From a virus, in the IMG/VR virus record IMGVR_UViG_3300000553_000012, positions 32,390-96,389 of that record: a stretch of 64,000 bases of DNA. One strand, 5' to 3'. The notes under the pieces are model-generated. The model did not search any database. It had not been told where the DNA came from and worked only from the letters and a program-made list of their open reading frames with translations. This document shows positions 27,522 to 37,726 of the stretch, piece after piece; positions within the stretch are counted from its first letter, which is position 1; each line of letters opens with the position of its first letter. Position numbers and translations under genes: made by a program.

Positions 27522-28058
27522 TTATAACCAATCTGGCTTTTCTCTTTTTTTCCAAGCATGAAGATGAATTTTTGCTCGTTTATAATATTGGCGATAATTT
27601 TCTATTGGATTATCGCTGATAATATATTCTGGTGCCATAGCAGAAGGTGGAATAGTAAAGTCCCAATCTTTTAGATTATACGGTGGTGATTGTAAATGAA
27701 ATCCTAATCCACTAGATTTGACTTTATGAATTTTTTCATATCGATATTGATATTCATCCATAAGGGCAAACATATGATCTACAAGCCAAGAATAATTTTC
27801 AATCGATCGCCGACACCAAACGGCACTAGGATGATTGGTGTGTGTGGCCGAGTACATAATGTTTTCACGGGCATCATTTAATCTCCACCGCTTAACTTTA
27901 CGTCCAGTCTGTGTTTGATCAACATATTGTTCACCATCAAGAACACGGTGTGCTGTTGACAATAATTGCGCCGACTCAAGAATCATTTTTACACAATGTT
28001 TATCAACTAGACACTGTGCGGCAATATTAGGATTAGAATCTACATAAAAAATATTCAT
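27522..28058 (-). CDS. pyrimidine-dimer DNA glycosylase (DenV-family)-like protein
   Basis: MNIFY..DKHCVKMILESAQLLSTAH, THTNHPSAVW. Confidence 0.8.
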   Translation of the reverse strand: MNIFYVDSNPNIAAQCLVDKHCVKMILESAQLLSTAHRVLDGEQYVDQTQTGRKVKRWRLNDARENIMYSATHTNHPSAVWCRRSIENYSWLVDHMFALMDEYQYRYEKIHKVKSSGLGFHLQSPPYNLKDWDFTIPPSAMAPEYIISDNPIENYRQYYKRAKIHLHAWKKREKPDWL

Positions 28059-28078
28059 AATTTATCTATTTGGATTAA

Positions 28079-28366
28079 TTAATCGTCATAATTAATTACA
28101 TTAACAAATTGCCACTTTTTTTCGGTTGTCCAATCTTTAAGATACTCATTATCTCTATCAAAAAGTTTTAGATATTCATCATCAGCAATTTCACGAGAAG
28201 ATGTAATCGTTTCTCCAATATGATATTGTGAAAATTCTTTAAAATTTTCATTATAATCGCCCAATATATTCATTGTAACTTCATCAAGAGCATGTTCTTC
28301 TTCTTTTGCTTCTATGACATATCGCTCACGAAACATAGAAATTGTTTCCACCAAATATCGCGGCAT
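28079..28366 (-). CDS. hypothetical protein
   Basis: 95-aa ORF with SD. Confidence 0.65.
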   Translation of the reverse strand: MPRYLVETISMFRERYVIEAKEEEHALDEVTMNILGDYNENFKEFSQYHIGETITSSREIADDEYLKLFDRDNEYLKDWTTEKKWQFVNVINYDD

Positions 28367-28448
28367 AATTTATCTCCTAAAAAAATTTTTAAATATAATA
28401 AACAATATTACAAAAGATACTAAAAATACTGTAATGTGTGGTTCAATA

Positions 28449-28811
28449 TTAAGATTCGTTCTTTGTATATCCATTACTCTTAGCCCATAAATGTAAATCT
28501 TTTGAGGTATAAATTGCATTATGAAGTTCCATATATCCACAATCCATACCAATACCATATGACTCGGGTCCAAAATTAAATACATCATATAACACCCAAC
28601 GATATGTTCCATGATCTTTTAATTCACCCTGAACCAATCGCTTAATTACAGAATAAAATGCTTTAAGCTGATCATCATAAGATAAATTTTCCCAGAATTC
28701 ATTGTTGGCTTTTTCTTCCTCAAGTGTTGCTTTTTTGATATTTTCAGTAAGTTCTTTATATTCTGGGCTACTAAAAAAATCTTTCATACTGGTTTTGTTT
28801 TCTTCAGACAC
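28449..28811 (-). CDS. hypothetical protein
   Basis: GTYRWVLYDVFNFGPESY..GMDCGYMELHN. Confidence 0.65.
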   Translation of the reverse strand: MSEENKTSMKDFFSSPEYKELTENIKKATLEEEKANNEFWENLSYDDQLKAFYSVIKRLVQGELKDHGTYRWVLYDVFNFGPESYGIGMDCGYMELHNAIYTSKDLHLWAKSNGYTKNES

Positions 28812-29076
28812 GGGATTTCTTTCTTTTAGATTTAACTTTAGCTTGTTCTTCTTCGGCTCTTTGATATTTTTTTTCTAATTCTTCAGCCACTCTTTTTTTA
28901 ATAGCACCCATTATATCATCTTTATTATATTCTAACACATAAATCCACATATGTTTTTTTTCATCATATATTGGATTTTCTAATATTGGCCAACCTAATG
29001 CATCTCTACACCATCTACAATGAATAAATGCTCCAGTTTTTGTATATGCTGAAAATGTAGATTTTACCAAATTCAT
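28804..29076 (-). CDS. hypothetical protein
   Basis: 90-aa ORF coupled to neighbours. Confidence 0.55.
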   Translation of the reverse strand: MNLVKSTFSAYTKTGAFIHCRWCRDALGWPILENPIYDEKKHMWIYVLEYNKDDIMGAIKKRVAEELEKKYQRAEEEQAKVKSKRKKSRV

Positions 29077-29480
29077 AGATAATCATATCCTTCTTCATCA
29101 AGAGAATAACATACATTTTTAATGTTAAACGTAGCTATTGCCCTTTGGCAACCTACACACGGCTTTGCTAATCCCGATATAAGACGTCGTTTTTTCTCGT
29201 TTTCCCACTTAATTCGATATACATACAACGTCGATTTCGATACGATTTCGGCGTCATATTTACGAATTGCATTATAAATTGCATCGGTTTCTGCATGAAG
29301 AAAAATGGCATCAGAATTTGTGCCATATTTTTTTTGAAAAGGATGAGACTTGTTTTTGTTGGTTCCAATTGAGATAATGTCATTTTTATAAACTAAACCG
29401 GCGGCTAGCCGGGCCCTCGCAAAAGGTTCAACTGATTCCGCAACTTTCGAAAGTGCGTTCATTATATCTGTATCGTTCAT
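29073..29480 (-). CDS. zinc-dependent cytidine/dCMP deaminase-family protein
   Basis: HAE and PCVGC motifs. Confidence 0.8.
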   Translation of the reverse strand: MNDTDIMNALSKVAESVEPFARARLAAGLVYKNDIISIGTNKNKSHPFQKKYGTNSDAIFLHAETDAIYNAIRKYDAEIVSKSTLYVYRIKWENEKKRRLISGLAKPCVGCQRAIATFNIKNVCYSLDEEGYDYL

Positions 29481-29646
29481 TTAGATTCAAAATCCATCCT
29501 TTAGTCGGGTCAAAATATGTTACATAATCATCATATCTACAAGATGATAAAAAATCAACCATTTCTTTTTGTTGTTCAAATTTTACTTCATATTGCATTT
29601 TGTACTCCTATTCATAATCTCATTATATTATATTTTAATATAAATG

Positions 29647-30105
29647 TCAACTAGGATACCATGTTCCGGCAAAAAGTTTATTTTGATCGGACACAGGAAT
29701 AAATTGAATATGATCCATATCTCTAAATGTGTGAGGCTTATTTGGTTCTCCCCAATCACCTCCCCATATTAAACCTTGATTTTTTGCTAACTTACCGAGA
29801 AATGAAAAGTCACCAAAAAAGGAAGGTTCGCCATTGACTTTTTTTACAATATCAACAGCCAACCCGTAATGATGTACACCAACAGTTTTTAATTGTGTGG
29901 CTTTTGCCTCATATAACTGAAGTTGTCTTTCACTGCTTCTAAAAGTTTCTAAAACCATAAGAGGCGCTTCATTCTTTTCAGATTCAATAAGCAATGCCTC
30001 TATTTTTGTTCTAAATGCAGGAAACAACATATTAAGATCATTGACTCTATTTGTAGTATGAAATAAAGGACTTTTTTGAATTACATCTATATAAAAATTA
30101 CTCAT
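29647..30105 (-). CDS. M15-family peptidoglycan peptidase (endolysin)
   Basis: ETFRS..RQ..LY, HHYGLAVD, WGGDW, DMDHIQ. Confidence 0.85.
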   Translation of the reverse strand: MSNFYIDVIQKSPLFHTTNRVNDLNMLFPAFRTKIEALLIESEKNEAPLMVLETFRSSERQLQLYEAKATQLKTVGVHHYGLAVDIVKKVNGEPSFFGDFSFLGKLAKNQGLIWGGDWGEPNKPHTFRDMDHIQFIPVSDQNKLFAGTWYPS

Positions 30106-30276
30106 TAATTACTCCATTAATATTTTTTATAATAAAGATGTCTAGGACCGGCTTCTCCAAATAAGCATTTAGATAAAAAAAGAGCATCTTTTAGAGTCGT
30201 AGAGTTTAATTCTAACATCTCTATTTTTTTATTATTAGGATTAACATATGCTATCATATATTTTTTTACGTATTTC

Positions 30277-30969
30277 TCAGATTGTTCTTCCATTGCGTTT
30301 TAATCCATGATAGTCATAATAACTATTAATGATATTTATTGCTTTATCAATCCACCTATCACGCTTTTGCTGAAAAAATTGAGGACTATCATTGTCTACA
30401 GCTATTAAAACGCCAAGATTAGTTATAGGATTGCCTGTACATTCTTCATACATAACTGCATAACACGCGGTTTGCATAAAATACCCATCAATCCATTCTA
30501 TTTTTTTTGGACGATTGGACGTTTTCCAATCTAAAATAAATCGCTTATTTCTAAACTTAGCTACACAATCTACCGTTCCCGCTACTCCAAGATGTTTTGA
30601 AAATAAAGGAACTTCTATTCCATAAACTTCTTCAATATCATCTAAATATTCTTTAACAGAAGTAAAAAGATCAATTGTTCCTATATCTAATGATTTAAAA
30701 TCAATTTGCTTATTATTAAGATAATCTTCAATTATAGAATGAAGCTTTGTTCCTCGATTTGCCGCTTTAGTTGAAATTCTATTGGCTTCTTCTTCACCAA
30801 CTCTTTTACGCCATTCTATTAAACCTTCTTTTTTTTCCCAACCAAGAACGGTAGTAACACTGGGCGCTTTAGTTCCATCAGGAAGAACATAAAAGCGCCC
30901 AGCATCAGTATCTTCTCTATTGAGCAAAAGCGGGGTGTAAAGGTTGTGCGCGAATTGTTTTTGATTCAT
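30277..30969 (-). CDS. PD-(D/E)xK exonuclease
   Basis: PSVTTVL, RGTKLH, AGTVDC, DWKTS, YFMQ..Y. Confidence 0.85.
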   Translation of the reverse strand: MNQKQFAHNLYTPLLLNREDTDAGRFYVLPDGTKAPSVTTVLGWEKKEGLIEWRKRVGEEEANRISTKAANRGTKLHSIIEDYLNNKQIDFKSLDIGTIDLFTSVKEYLDDIEEVYGIEVPLFSKHLGVAGTVDCVAKFRNKRFILDWKTSNRPKKIEWIDGYFMQTACYAVMYEECTGNPITNLGVLIAVDNDSPQFFQQKRDRWIDKAINIINSYYDYHGLKRNGRTI

Positions 30970-31672
30970 ATTGTTCTTTTCTAATAATATATTCTTTTAT
31001 CATTTTACTTCGGACTATGTCCTCAATATCAAATTCAACTATTCCAAAACTATTCATTCCCGAAAGAATTTTTACAAATTTATAAAATCCACTTTCTTCT
31101 CTTCGAAGGTCATTTTGATTGCAATCGCCGGAAAAAATAATTTTACAGTTTTCTCCAACTCGTGTAATCACTGAATGAAGCTCTTCAAAATTCATATTTT
31201 GAAATTCATCTACTATAACTATACAATCTTTTAATGTAATTCCTCTAACAAAAGAAGAAGTCATAAACTCTATGACGCCTTTTCTTTTGAGTAATTCATA
31301 TGCATCTCCACGCCCTAAAAGCTCGGTGCATATTGAATAATACGGTGATTCATATACTAAGGCTTTTTCTCTAGCACTCCCGGGTAAAAATCCCATATCT
31401 CTGGTTGGGACTACCGATCTAACAATGACTACTTTATTGTATTCTGATTGTTTTGATAATAATTCTTCAAGTGCAAGATAAAGCGCACAAAACGTTTTAC
31501 CCGTACCTGCTGTTCCATATAATAACAAATTTTTATCATCATCATATAAATCAAAGGTTCGTCTTTGATTTTCTGTTATTGGTGTTATTCTGGCTAATTT
31601 CAAATTGTTTTGTTCTTCAAGTGGTTTTACTCTTAATAATTTATTTTGTTTTCTTGAAGTTCTGTTAGCCAT
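30917..31672 (-). CDS. phoH: PhoH-family ATPase
   Basis: GTAGTGKT, MGFLPG, RGITL, DEFQN, GDCNQND. Confidence 0.92.
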   Translation of the reverse strand: MANRTSRKQNKLLRVKPLEEQNNLKLARITPITENQRRTFDLYDDDKNLLLYGTAGTGKTFCALYLALEELLSKQSEYNKVVIVRSVVPTRDMGFLPGSAREKALVYESPYYSICTELLGRGDAYELLKRKGVIEFMTSSFVRGITLKDCIVIVDEFQNMNFEELHSVITRVGENCKIIFSGDCNQNDLRREESGFYKFVKILSGMNSFGIVEFDIEDIVRSKMIKEYIIRKEQYESKTIRAQPLHPAFAQ

Positions 31673-31720
31673 GGGACTCCTTTTAAGGTTACTATTGAGT
31701 CACTTGCACATAAAAAATTT

Positions 31721-32035
31721 TTATACCATCGATCCCCCGAGTTTCTTACGAACTCTGTTAAGAGCATTTCTGGTTTTACTTTCTTTGATGCCTTTTGAAC
31801 CATATCTTTCGGCAAGTGGTGTTGTTGGATTGGCTTCAGCAATCCTAGAAAAAACTTCTTTCATTCCATTATCGGGACGTATACGATCTCCGACACCACC
31901 AATAAGATTTATAGATACAGGAACTTTTTTAATATGTGGATTTTTTTCTAAAAAAACATCTGCCTCAGAGATGCCCATTAAATCATCCCATTGTTCTCCA
32001 GTATTATTATCATGGAACGTATAAATTGGCATCAT
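31721..32035 (-). CDS. FmdB-like regulatory protein lacking Zn-cysteines
   Basis: MPIYTF.....GE start; typical position next to phoH. Confidence 0.55.
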   Translation of the reverse strand: MMPIYTFHDNNTGEQWDDLMGISEADVFLEKNPHIKKVPVSINLIGGVGDRIRPDNGMKEVFSRIAEANPTTPLAERYGSKGIKESKTRNALNRVRKKLGGSMV

Positions 32036-32195
32036 GTCTCCTTTAAAGTATTTATTTCATCTAATACTTCTATCACAAAATAATCAGATTCATTCCAATA
32101 GGCTCTAAATTTTCCAGGATAAGAAATTCTCTCTGCGGCATGAGTATAAACATAATGTAATGACTTAGCTTGTTCATTATCAAATTTTAAAATCA

Positions 32196-32558
32196 TTAAT
32201 CTGCCTGTCTTGTAATAAATGTTTTTCTAATTTTATTTGGTTTAAAATATTGATTTACTGTATCTATCACGTCTTGTATATTATATTCTTGACACGAAAA
32301 AACATCGAGATACAATTCACAACTATTATCACAAAAATGTGCCGTTATATTACTAGTTTCAATGAGTTGAATCACAGTCCAACCGGCAAGATGTTCTTCA
32401 TTATGCCCAAAATGAACAATTTGTGGTTCTCCATATGGAATCATATTGATTTTTTTTACTAAATATTCAATCCACGATCTTAAAATTTCCGGAGATGTAA
32501 TTGATCTCTTATCACATCCTGAGCAATCGAGAAGGGTATGATATCCCCAATATGACAT
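32196..32558 (-). CDS. speD: S-adenosylmethionine decarboxylase
   Basis: WGYHTLLDC, LIETSNITAH (self-cleavage Ser), YLDVFSC. Confidence 0.85.
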   Translation of the reverse strand: MSYWGYHTLLDCSGCDKRSITSPEILRSWIEYLVKKINMIPYGEPQIVHFGHNEEHLAGWTVIQLIETSNITAHFCDNSCELYLDVFSCQEYNIQDVIDTVNQYFKPNKIRKTFITRQAD

Positions 32559-32571
32559 AATATATTACTCC

Positions 32572-32745
32572 TTATTCATAATCATCATCGGATAACCGAA
32601 TTAAATCATCGATACTTTTTGTTTTAATAGCAGAAGTAATTCGCTTATTCTTTTTTCGTTCTCGATATTCTTCATAAGCATAAGAATCATATTCATCTTC
32701 ATTATAATCATCATAATATTTATTTACTTTTCTACTTTTGCTCAT
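32572..32745 (-). CDS. hypothetical protein (57 aa, not in ORF track)
   Basis: MSKSRKVNKYYDD...LSDDDYE, SD upstream. Confidence 0.55.
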   Translation of the reverse strand: MSKSRKVNKYYDDYNEDEYDSYAYEEYRERKKNKRITSAIKTKSIDDLIRLSDDDYE

Positions 32746-32763
32746 TTTTAGTTTAGTCCATCC

Positions 32764-33255
32764 TTATGCTGGAATTTTTGCTTTTGGTTTTGTTGCTGGC
32801 TTTTTTGGAGTTAAAGTTTCTTGTTTAATTTCCAATTTTTGTGGAAGTAATTGTGGAAATGTATCTCTTACTAAATCTTCATCAATATTTGAATAAGGCA
32901 ACTTTTTATCTTTTACAGCTAAAATTAATTTGGCATCTGCTGGATCAAGAGACTCAAGCATATTTATAAAAAGTGCTTCTCTTTTTGCACGAGAAACATT
33001 TGGATTTCCGTCTCCAATAAACAAATACATTTTCCTAAGACTTTGATAAAGCATTGCCTGTTGATCTCCATATTGGCACGGCTTATATGGAGGATCGCCT
33101 GCAGGAAGATTAAATACAAGGTTTGGATCATACGCTAATCTTAGAATAGCCATTACTCCTTGATTTTGAATATATCCCGCCAACATGTTTTGTCTTGTAT
33201 TACGATCTTCTTGCAAATCAATTTTATCAAAAATTTCTGATATACCTAATTGCAT
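32764..33255 (-). CDS. conserved T4-like hypothetical protein
   Basis: LPAGDPPYKP, KREALFINMLESL. Confidence 0.75.
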   Translation of the reverse strand: MQLGISEIFDKIDLQEDRNTRQNMLAGYIQNQGVMAILRLAYDPNLVFNLPAGDPPYKPCQYGDQQAMLYQSLRKMYLFIGDGNPNVSRAKREALFINMLESLDPADAKLILAVKDKKLPYSNIDEDLVRDTFPQLLPQKLEIKQETLTPKKPATKPKAKIPA

Positions 33256-33399
33256 TATTTTTCTCCAAATATAGTTTTAAAATATAATGTAGCATCTTTA
33301 GCGTATTGTATCCATAGCTTTTGATCTTTAATTGGCAATTTATAATAATTTGATTTTTGATATCTCATGGTATATAAATTAAATGCAATTTTGTTATAA

Positions 33400-34245
33400 T
33401 CAAAAGTCATTTAGGTGTTCCATTAAATTTTTGAGTTTATTAGCTACAAAATAATTAAAAAGTTTACTACGATCTTTATTTTGAGAAGAATATTGTTCTA
33501 AAATTTGATTTGCAATATCATCAGGAACAAAATCTAAATCAATAAGTTGTTGATTGCGCTTATAATTTCTAAGCATATATTCATCACAAAAATTTTTCGG
33601 TTCTTGTAAAATCCAGCCAGCCAACTTTTTTGAAGTAACCGGCGTTTGTCTAATTCCCATTACAAATGCATTATCTGGAGATAAAAAATTTGGTATACCA
33701 TCTCCAGCATCACCTCTAATAATGTGTTCCTTTAAAAAGAGGTCTGGATTGTCACAGACAATAAATCTTTTTAGAATAGGACTATATTGCTTAACATTTG
33801 GATATTTTTGCAATTGAGCAAAATCTTTATCACCAGAAAGAATTAAAATCTTTTCTTGATAAGAAAATTCTTTAGTTAAAGTTGCAACGATATCATCGGC
33901 TTCAGCATGATCTACCTGAATTACCTTATAAGGCATAAAATCTTTTATTTCTTGGCGAATTTTATTTAAGATTTCAAATAGTGAATTCCAATCTAGTTCA
34001 GAAGCATCACGATCTTTTTTGCGATTGGCCTTATAATAAGGATATATTTCTTTACGCCAATAATGCTTATCATCACAAGCAATAATCATTTCTCCATAAT
34101 CATTAGAAAATTTTAATCTATGATTACGAAGAGAATTCAGAATCATATGTCTGACAATATTTTCTTCTATTTTAATGTTTTTATGATTACCAATCTGCGC
34201 CATTAGCGTAGAAATCATAATCTGAGAAAAGTCAACGATTATCAC
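33400..34245 (-). CDS. rnh: T4-type RNase H (5'-3' exonuclease)
   Basis: IIVDFSQ, YWRKEIYPYYKANR, EADD, SGDKDF, GDAGDGIPN. Confidence 0.95.
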   Translation of the reverse strand: MIIVDFSQIMISTLMAQIGNHKNIKIEENIVRHMILNSLRNHRLKFSNDYGEMIIACDDKHYWRKEIYPYYKANRKKDRDASELDWNSLFEILNKIRQEIKDFMPYKVIQVDHAEADDIVATLTKEFSYQEKILILSGDKDFAQLQKYPNVKQYSPILKRFIVCDNPDLFLKEHIIRGDAGDGIPNFLSPDNAFVMGIRQTPVTSKKLAGWILQEPKNFCDEYMLRNYKRNQQLIDLDFVPDDIANQILEQYSSQNKDRSKLFNYFVANKLKNLMEHLNDF

Positions 34246-34297
34246 AATGTTACCTCAATTAATTTATATTCTAATTATATAATATCAAAAATAAATG

Positions 34298-34639
34298 TCA
34301 ATCGTCATTTTTAAAATCTATAAGTTCTTCTGCTGCTATTTGCAAGCCATGATTTATGCCCATTGATTTTAATATAAGAGATTTTAGAGATTCTGATACA
34401 AACATCATATCTTTTATATAAGCAGCATCATTAAAATCAAATCCTACAATATTCAATTTAAAAAAAAGTTCTTCTAATATATCAGACACCATAAATTCTA
34501 CAAAATCTATTCTATTTTGAGTAGCTTGCTCCATAAGTTCTTCTAATGAAGCAGAATTTATAAAATTTTTATTAATGCCTGGAAATTGAATTATATTTGT
34601 TGTTTTTGATTCATTTATGACTGGAGCAGTATTTTGCAT
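34298..34639 (-). CDS. hypothetical protein
   Basis: 113-aa ORF, NIIQFP motif. Confidence 0.6.
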   Translation of the reverse strand: MQNTAPVINESKTTNIIQFPGINKNFINSASLEELMEQATQNRIDFVEFMVSDILEELFFKLNIVGFDFNDAAYIKDMMFVSESLKSLILKSMGINHGLQIAAEELIDFKNDD

Positions 34640-34690
34640 AAAATTATCTAAACCCCATCATTGTTATTTGTTTAATGTATATTTTCAAGA

Positions 34691-35656
34691 CTATTTTATT
34701 GATGCTGGATTAATGACATTCACCATATTACGCCAGGCGGATGCACCAGTAGAAGATAAAGGCCATGGCGCATTAGCATGTCCAGCATTTTCACCGCCGG
34801 GACAATCGAAAATCAAAAGCATATTAAAATTGACGGGAACTTGATATGACGTTTTACCGAGTAAGTAGTTTGTTATTGAATTAAAAAAAGCCGATTGATT
34901 TTGTGGTAAAGCCGCAGTTTCAGCAATACCACATGATTTGCCTCGATTACACCAATATGTTAAATTTGCTGGTAAAGGATTAGTTGTTGCTGTAAAATCT
35001 TCTTCTTCTGTTCCAGCAGGATAATGATCAAACATTATTCTATCTACATATACATCTCCAGGATAAAAAGGAAGTACCGCGGCCGGAACTCTCGGGGCGG
35101 CTGGAACCCAAGCCCATAATACATTTGTTGCTCCTTCTTGAACAAATATATCATGAATATGCTGCCATCCTGCAACAAACCCGGCGGGATTGCTTTGAGT
35201 ATTACAGCTATGAATATCAGAAATATTAAATTCCCACCCCGTTCCTCTAAATAAAATAGGATGACCAAAGGCGGCGGCCGCTTTAGCAAAATTACGATAA
35301 TATACATCATCCGCGCCGGCCAATAATCTAGCCGGAGTATCACATCTTACATTAAGAACTGGAGTAATTCCCAAAGCATACATTTTATTTAAACTATCAA
35401 TTGGAAATTTTCCTGGATCTTTTGGATCAACTACACCATTATTAATCCAACAATGAGCATACGTTGGATATGTTCCTGTCAAACTTTTAAACGCGGCCAT
35501 TTGACGAACTGTTCTAGAACAATCATCTATGTCTGATTTTTGCACAGATAATCCTTCTGGATTAACATATGCTCCAAAATAAACGGCTGGTGTGGCCAAT
35601 GCGGGTTTACATATTAACAAAGTTGCCAAAATAGCAAATATTTGTAATAGTTTCAT
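34691..35656 (-). CDS. secreted GH26-like glycoside hydrolase
   Basis: signal peptide; LFR..WEFN (acid/base), WAWVP, FYPGDVYVD...D.Y, IAET (nucleophile). Confidence 0.8.
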   Translation of the reverse strand: MKLLQIFAILATLLICKPALATPAVYFGAYVNPEGLSVQKSDIDDCSRTVRQMAAFKSLTGTYPTYAHCWINNGVVDPKDPGKFPIDSLNKMYALGITPVLNVRCDTPARLLAGADDVYYRNFAKAAAAFGHPILFRGTGWEFNISDIHSCNTQSNPAGFVAGWQHIHDIFVQEGATNVLWAWVPAAPRVPAAVLPFYPGDVYVDRIMFDHYPAGTEEEDFTATTNPLPANLTYWCNRGKSCGIAETAALPQNQSAFFNSITNYLLGKTSYQVPVNFNMLLIFDCPGGENAGHANAPWPLSSTGASAWRNMVNVINPASIK

Positions 35657-35712
35657 TATGTTTTCCTTTATTAATTAATAAAACATATTTTTTATAGTTT
35701 TATGTATTTATT

Positions 35713-36699
35713 TTAACACTCGCAATTGATACGACTTCCATGATCATAAAAAGCAAAATCATAAATTCTACATTCAGTATCAGTGGTGATTGATTTAATC
35801 ACTTTTTCTCTTTTATCTTTAGGAACATAAAAAACAAAGAATCCTCCGCCGCCGGCGCCCATCAATTTACCACCAAGAGCTCCATTTTCCATAGCTTTTA
35901 AGTATATCATATCAAAATAATTGCTAGTAATATCTTTTACAACTTCTTTTTTATCTATCCAAGATGAATGAAGCATATCACCAAAACTATCAAAATCCCC
36001 ATCAGCAAGATATTTAGAAGCACTATAAGCTTTATCTCTAGAACGACAAACTAATTTAAATTTATCAGCATCTTTCATGGCGGTTTGTTGTTTTTGCAAA
36101 ATGCTATTGGCGGATCGGCTTTTTCCACTATATACCAATAAAAGATTATCTTCTAATTTAGTAATATCTTTACGCAATATATTTATACTATTAATAGAAA
36201 CATTTCCATCTTTTTCAAATTCGAATAAATTAAATCCACCATATGCGGCTGCATATTGATCTTGTTTACCAACCGGATAATTACACTTATTCATTTCAAT
36301 TTCACATGCTACATCGGCTAAATACTTTCGAGATGAAATTTCCCAACGAGAAGATGATAAAGCATTAACTAATCCGACAGTAAATGCAGAAGAAGAGCCT
36401 AATCCTGAGCCTTTTGATATAATATCAGATATTGAAGCAATGGTAATTTCTTTATCTATAGAATAGTATTTTAGTGCTTCTTTAGTAATTAGATGTTGCA
36501 TATCCTCAATATCTTTAAACTCTTCAATTGAGTCATACATAATTTTGATTCCAAGATGAGGAGTTTTGTGAACCATAACATAAATAAATTTATTGATAGT
36601 TACGGATAATGCAGCACCTTTTTCTTTACTATAAAATGATGGCATATCACTTCCACCAGAGAAGAAACTTAAACGAAGTGGAGTTTTTGAAATGATCAT
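35713..36699 (-). CDS. hddA: GHMP kinase, HddA-like heptose-7-phosphate 1-kinase
   Basis: TPLRLSFFSGGSD, GSGLGSSS, GKQDQY, GGKLMGAGGGGF. Confidence 0.85.
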   Translation of the reverse strand: MIISKTPLRLSFFSGGSDMPSFYSKEKGAALSVTINKFIYVMVHKTPHLGIKIMYDSIEEFKDIEDMQHLITKEALKYYSIDKEITIASISDIISKGSGLGSSSAFTVGLVNALSSSRWEISSRKYLADVACEIEMNKCNYPVGKQDQYAAAYGGFNLFEFEKDGNVSINSINILRKDITKLEDNLLLVYSGKSRSANSILQKQQTAMKDADKFKLVCRSRDKAYSASKYLADGDFDSFGDMLHSSWIDKKEVVKDITSNYFDMIYLKAMENGALGGKLMGAGGGGFFVFYVPKDKREKVIKSITTDTECRIYDFAFYDHGSRINCEC

Positions 36700-37703
36700 G
36701 GTGTTGTCTTAAAAATAAACATTTCTTTAGGCTTTTTTCGTGATTCAATAGTTGGATATTGTTCAAGCAATGCTTTTAACATAATTTCCCATTGGGTTTT
36801 AATTCTGTTAATGTTATATCTACCATCGACAAAAAATTTATTGAATCCGATTATATCAGAATAGTTTTCATCTTTAATTAGTTGTATTGCAGCATCTAAA
36901 TGACTGGAAAATATGTTGGCATGTATATTCTGATCTTCACGATTTCCTTGATACATAAGATTTAATCCACCAGATGTTTCTGATAAAGCTCCATAATTTG
37001 GATGAACACAAAGAAGTCCCGCAGACATTGATTCAAGCATAGCTCTACAACTCGTTTCAAGCCATATCGATGGATATGCAAAAATATGATATCCATTTAA
37101 CTCTTCTCTAAGTTTATCGTTTGGTACAAATCCATGATATGTCATTTGAGGATGATTAATGACCTCATTATATAAAGGCTCAAACGATTTATCTGCATCA
37201 TCCCAGCCATATATCTTAAAACTTGAATATACATGAAGATGAAGTTCTGGATATTTTTTGGCCAAATGTTTAAATACAGGAATTAATATTTCTAGACCAC
37301 GCTGGGGCGTAGATGTATAAACTAAATGTATCTTACTATCATTTGGTTTAATCAAGGCAGATGATGGAGCCGGATCAATACCAGACTCTAATACAATAGA
37401 TTTATTATCATAAGGAATTCTATGAATAAGCTGATATCGTTGATATTGCCAATTACTAATAAAAACATATTTATGAAAATTGTCTTGAAACTGTTTATCT
37501 TGGAATTTTTGTGATTCTGGATCTTCTGGCAAATCATGACACCAAAAAATACGGATCTTTTCCATATCTAAATCTCTTGGGCGAGAACAAATAATTTGAA
37601 AATTACTTAAAAGTTCTGGATCAAGTAATTCTGCAAGCTTACGTTTAGCAATTTCTGTTCCGCCATTAGCTTTAGCTGAAATTTCATTTTCTTCAAATGC
37701 CAT
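36696..37703 (-). CDS. GT-B (GT4-like) glycosyltransferase
   Basis: GGTE, YTSTPQRGL, YPSIWLETSC...E..SAG. Confidence 0.85.
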   Translation of the reverse strand: MAFEENEISAKANGGTEIAKRKLAELLDPELLSNFQIICSRPRDLDMEKIRIFWCHDLPEDPESQKFQDKQFQDNFHKYVFISNWQYQRYQLIHRIPYDNKSIVLESGIDPAPSSALIKPNDSKIHLVYTSTPQRGLEILIPVFKHLAKKYPELHLHVYSSFKIYGWDDADKSFEPLYNEVINHPQMTYHGFVPNDKLREELNGYHIFAYPSIWLETSCRAMLESMSAGLLCVHPNYGALSETSGGLNLMYQGNREDQNIHANIFSSHLDAAIQLIKDENYSDIIGFNKFFVDGRYNINRIKTQWEIMLKALLEQYPTIESRKKPKEMFIFKTTP

Positions 37704-37726
37704 ATTTTATTTACCTTTCATACATT

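Noticed and set aside
30917-32558. phoH and speD (also def, hsp20) as novel auxiliary genes
   Set aside because: Well-known accessory genes of T4-like phages
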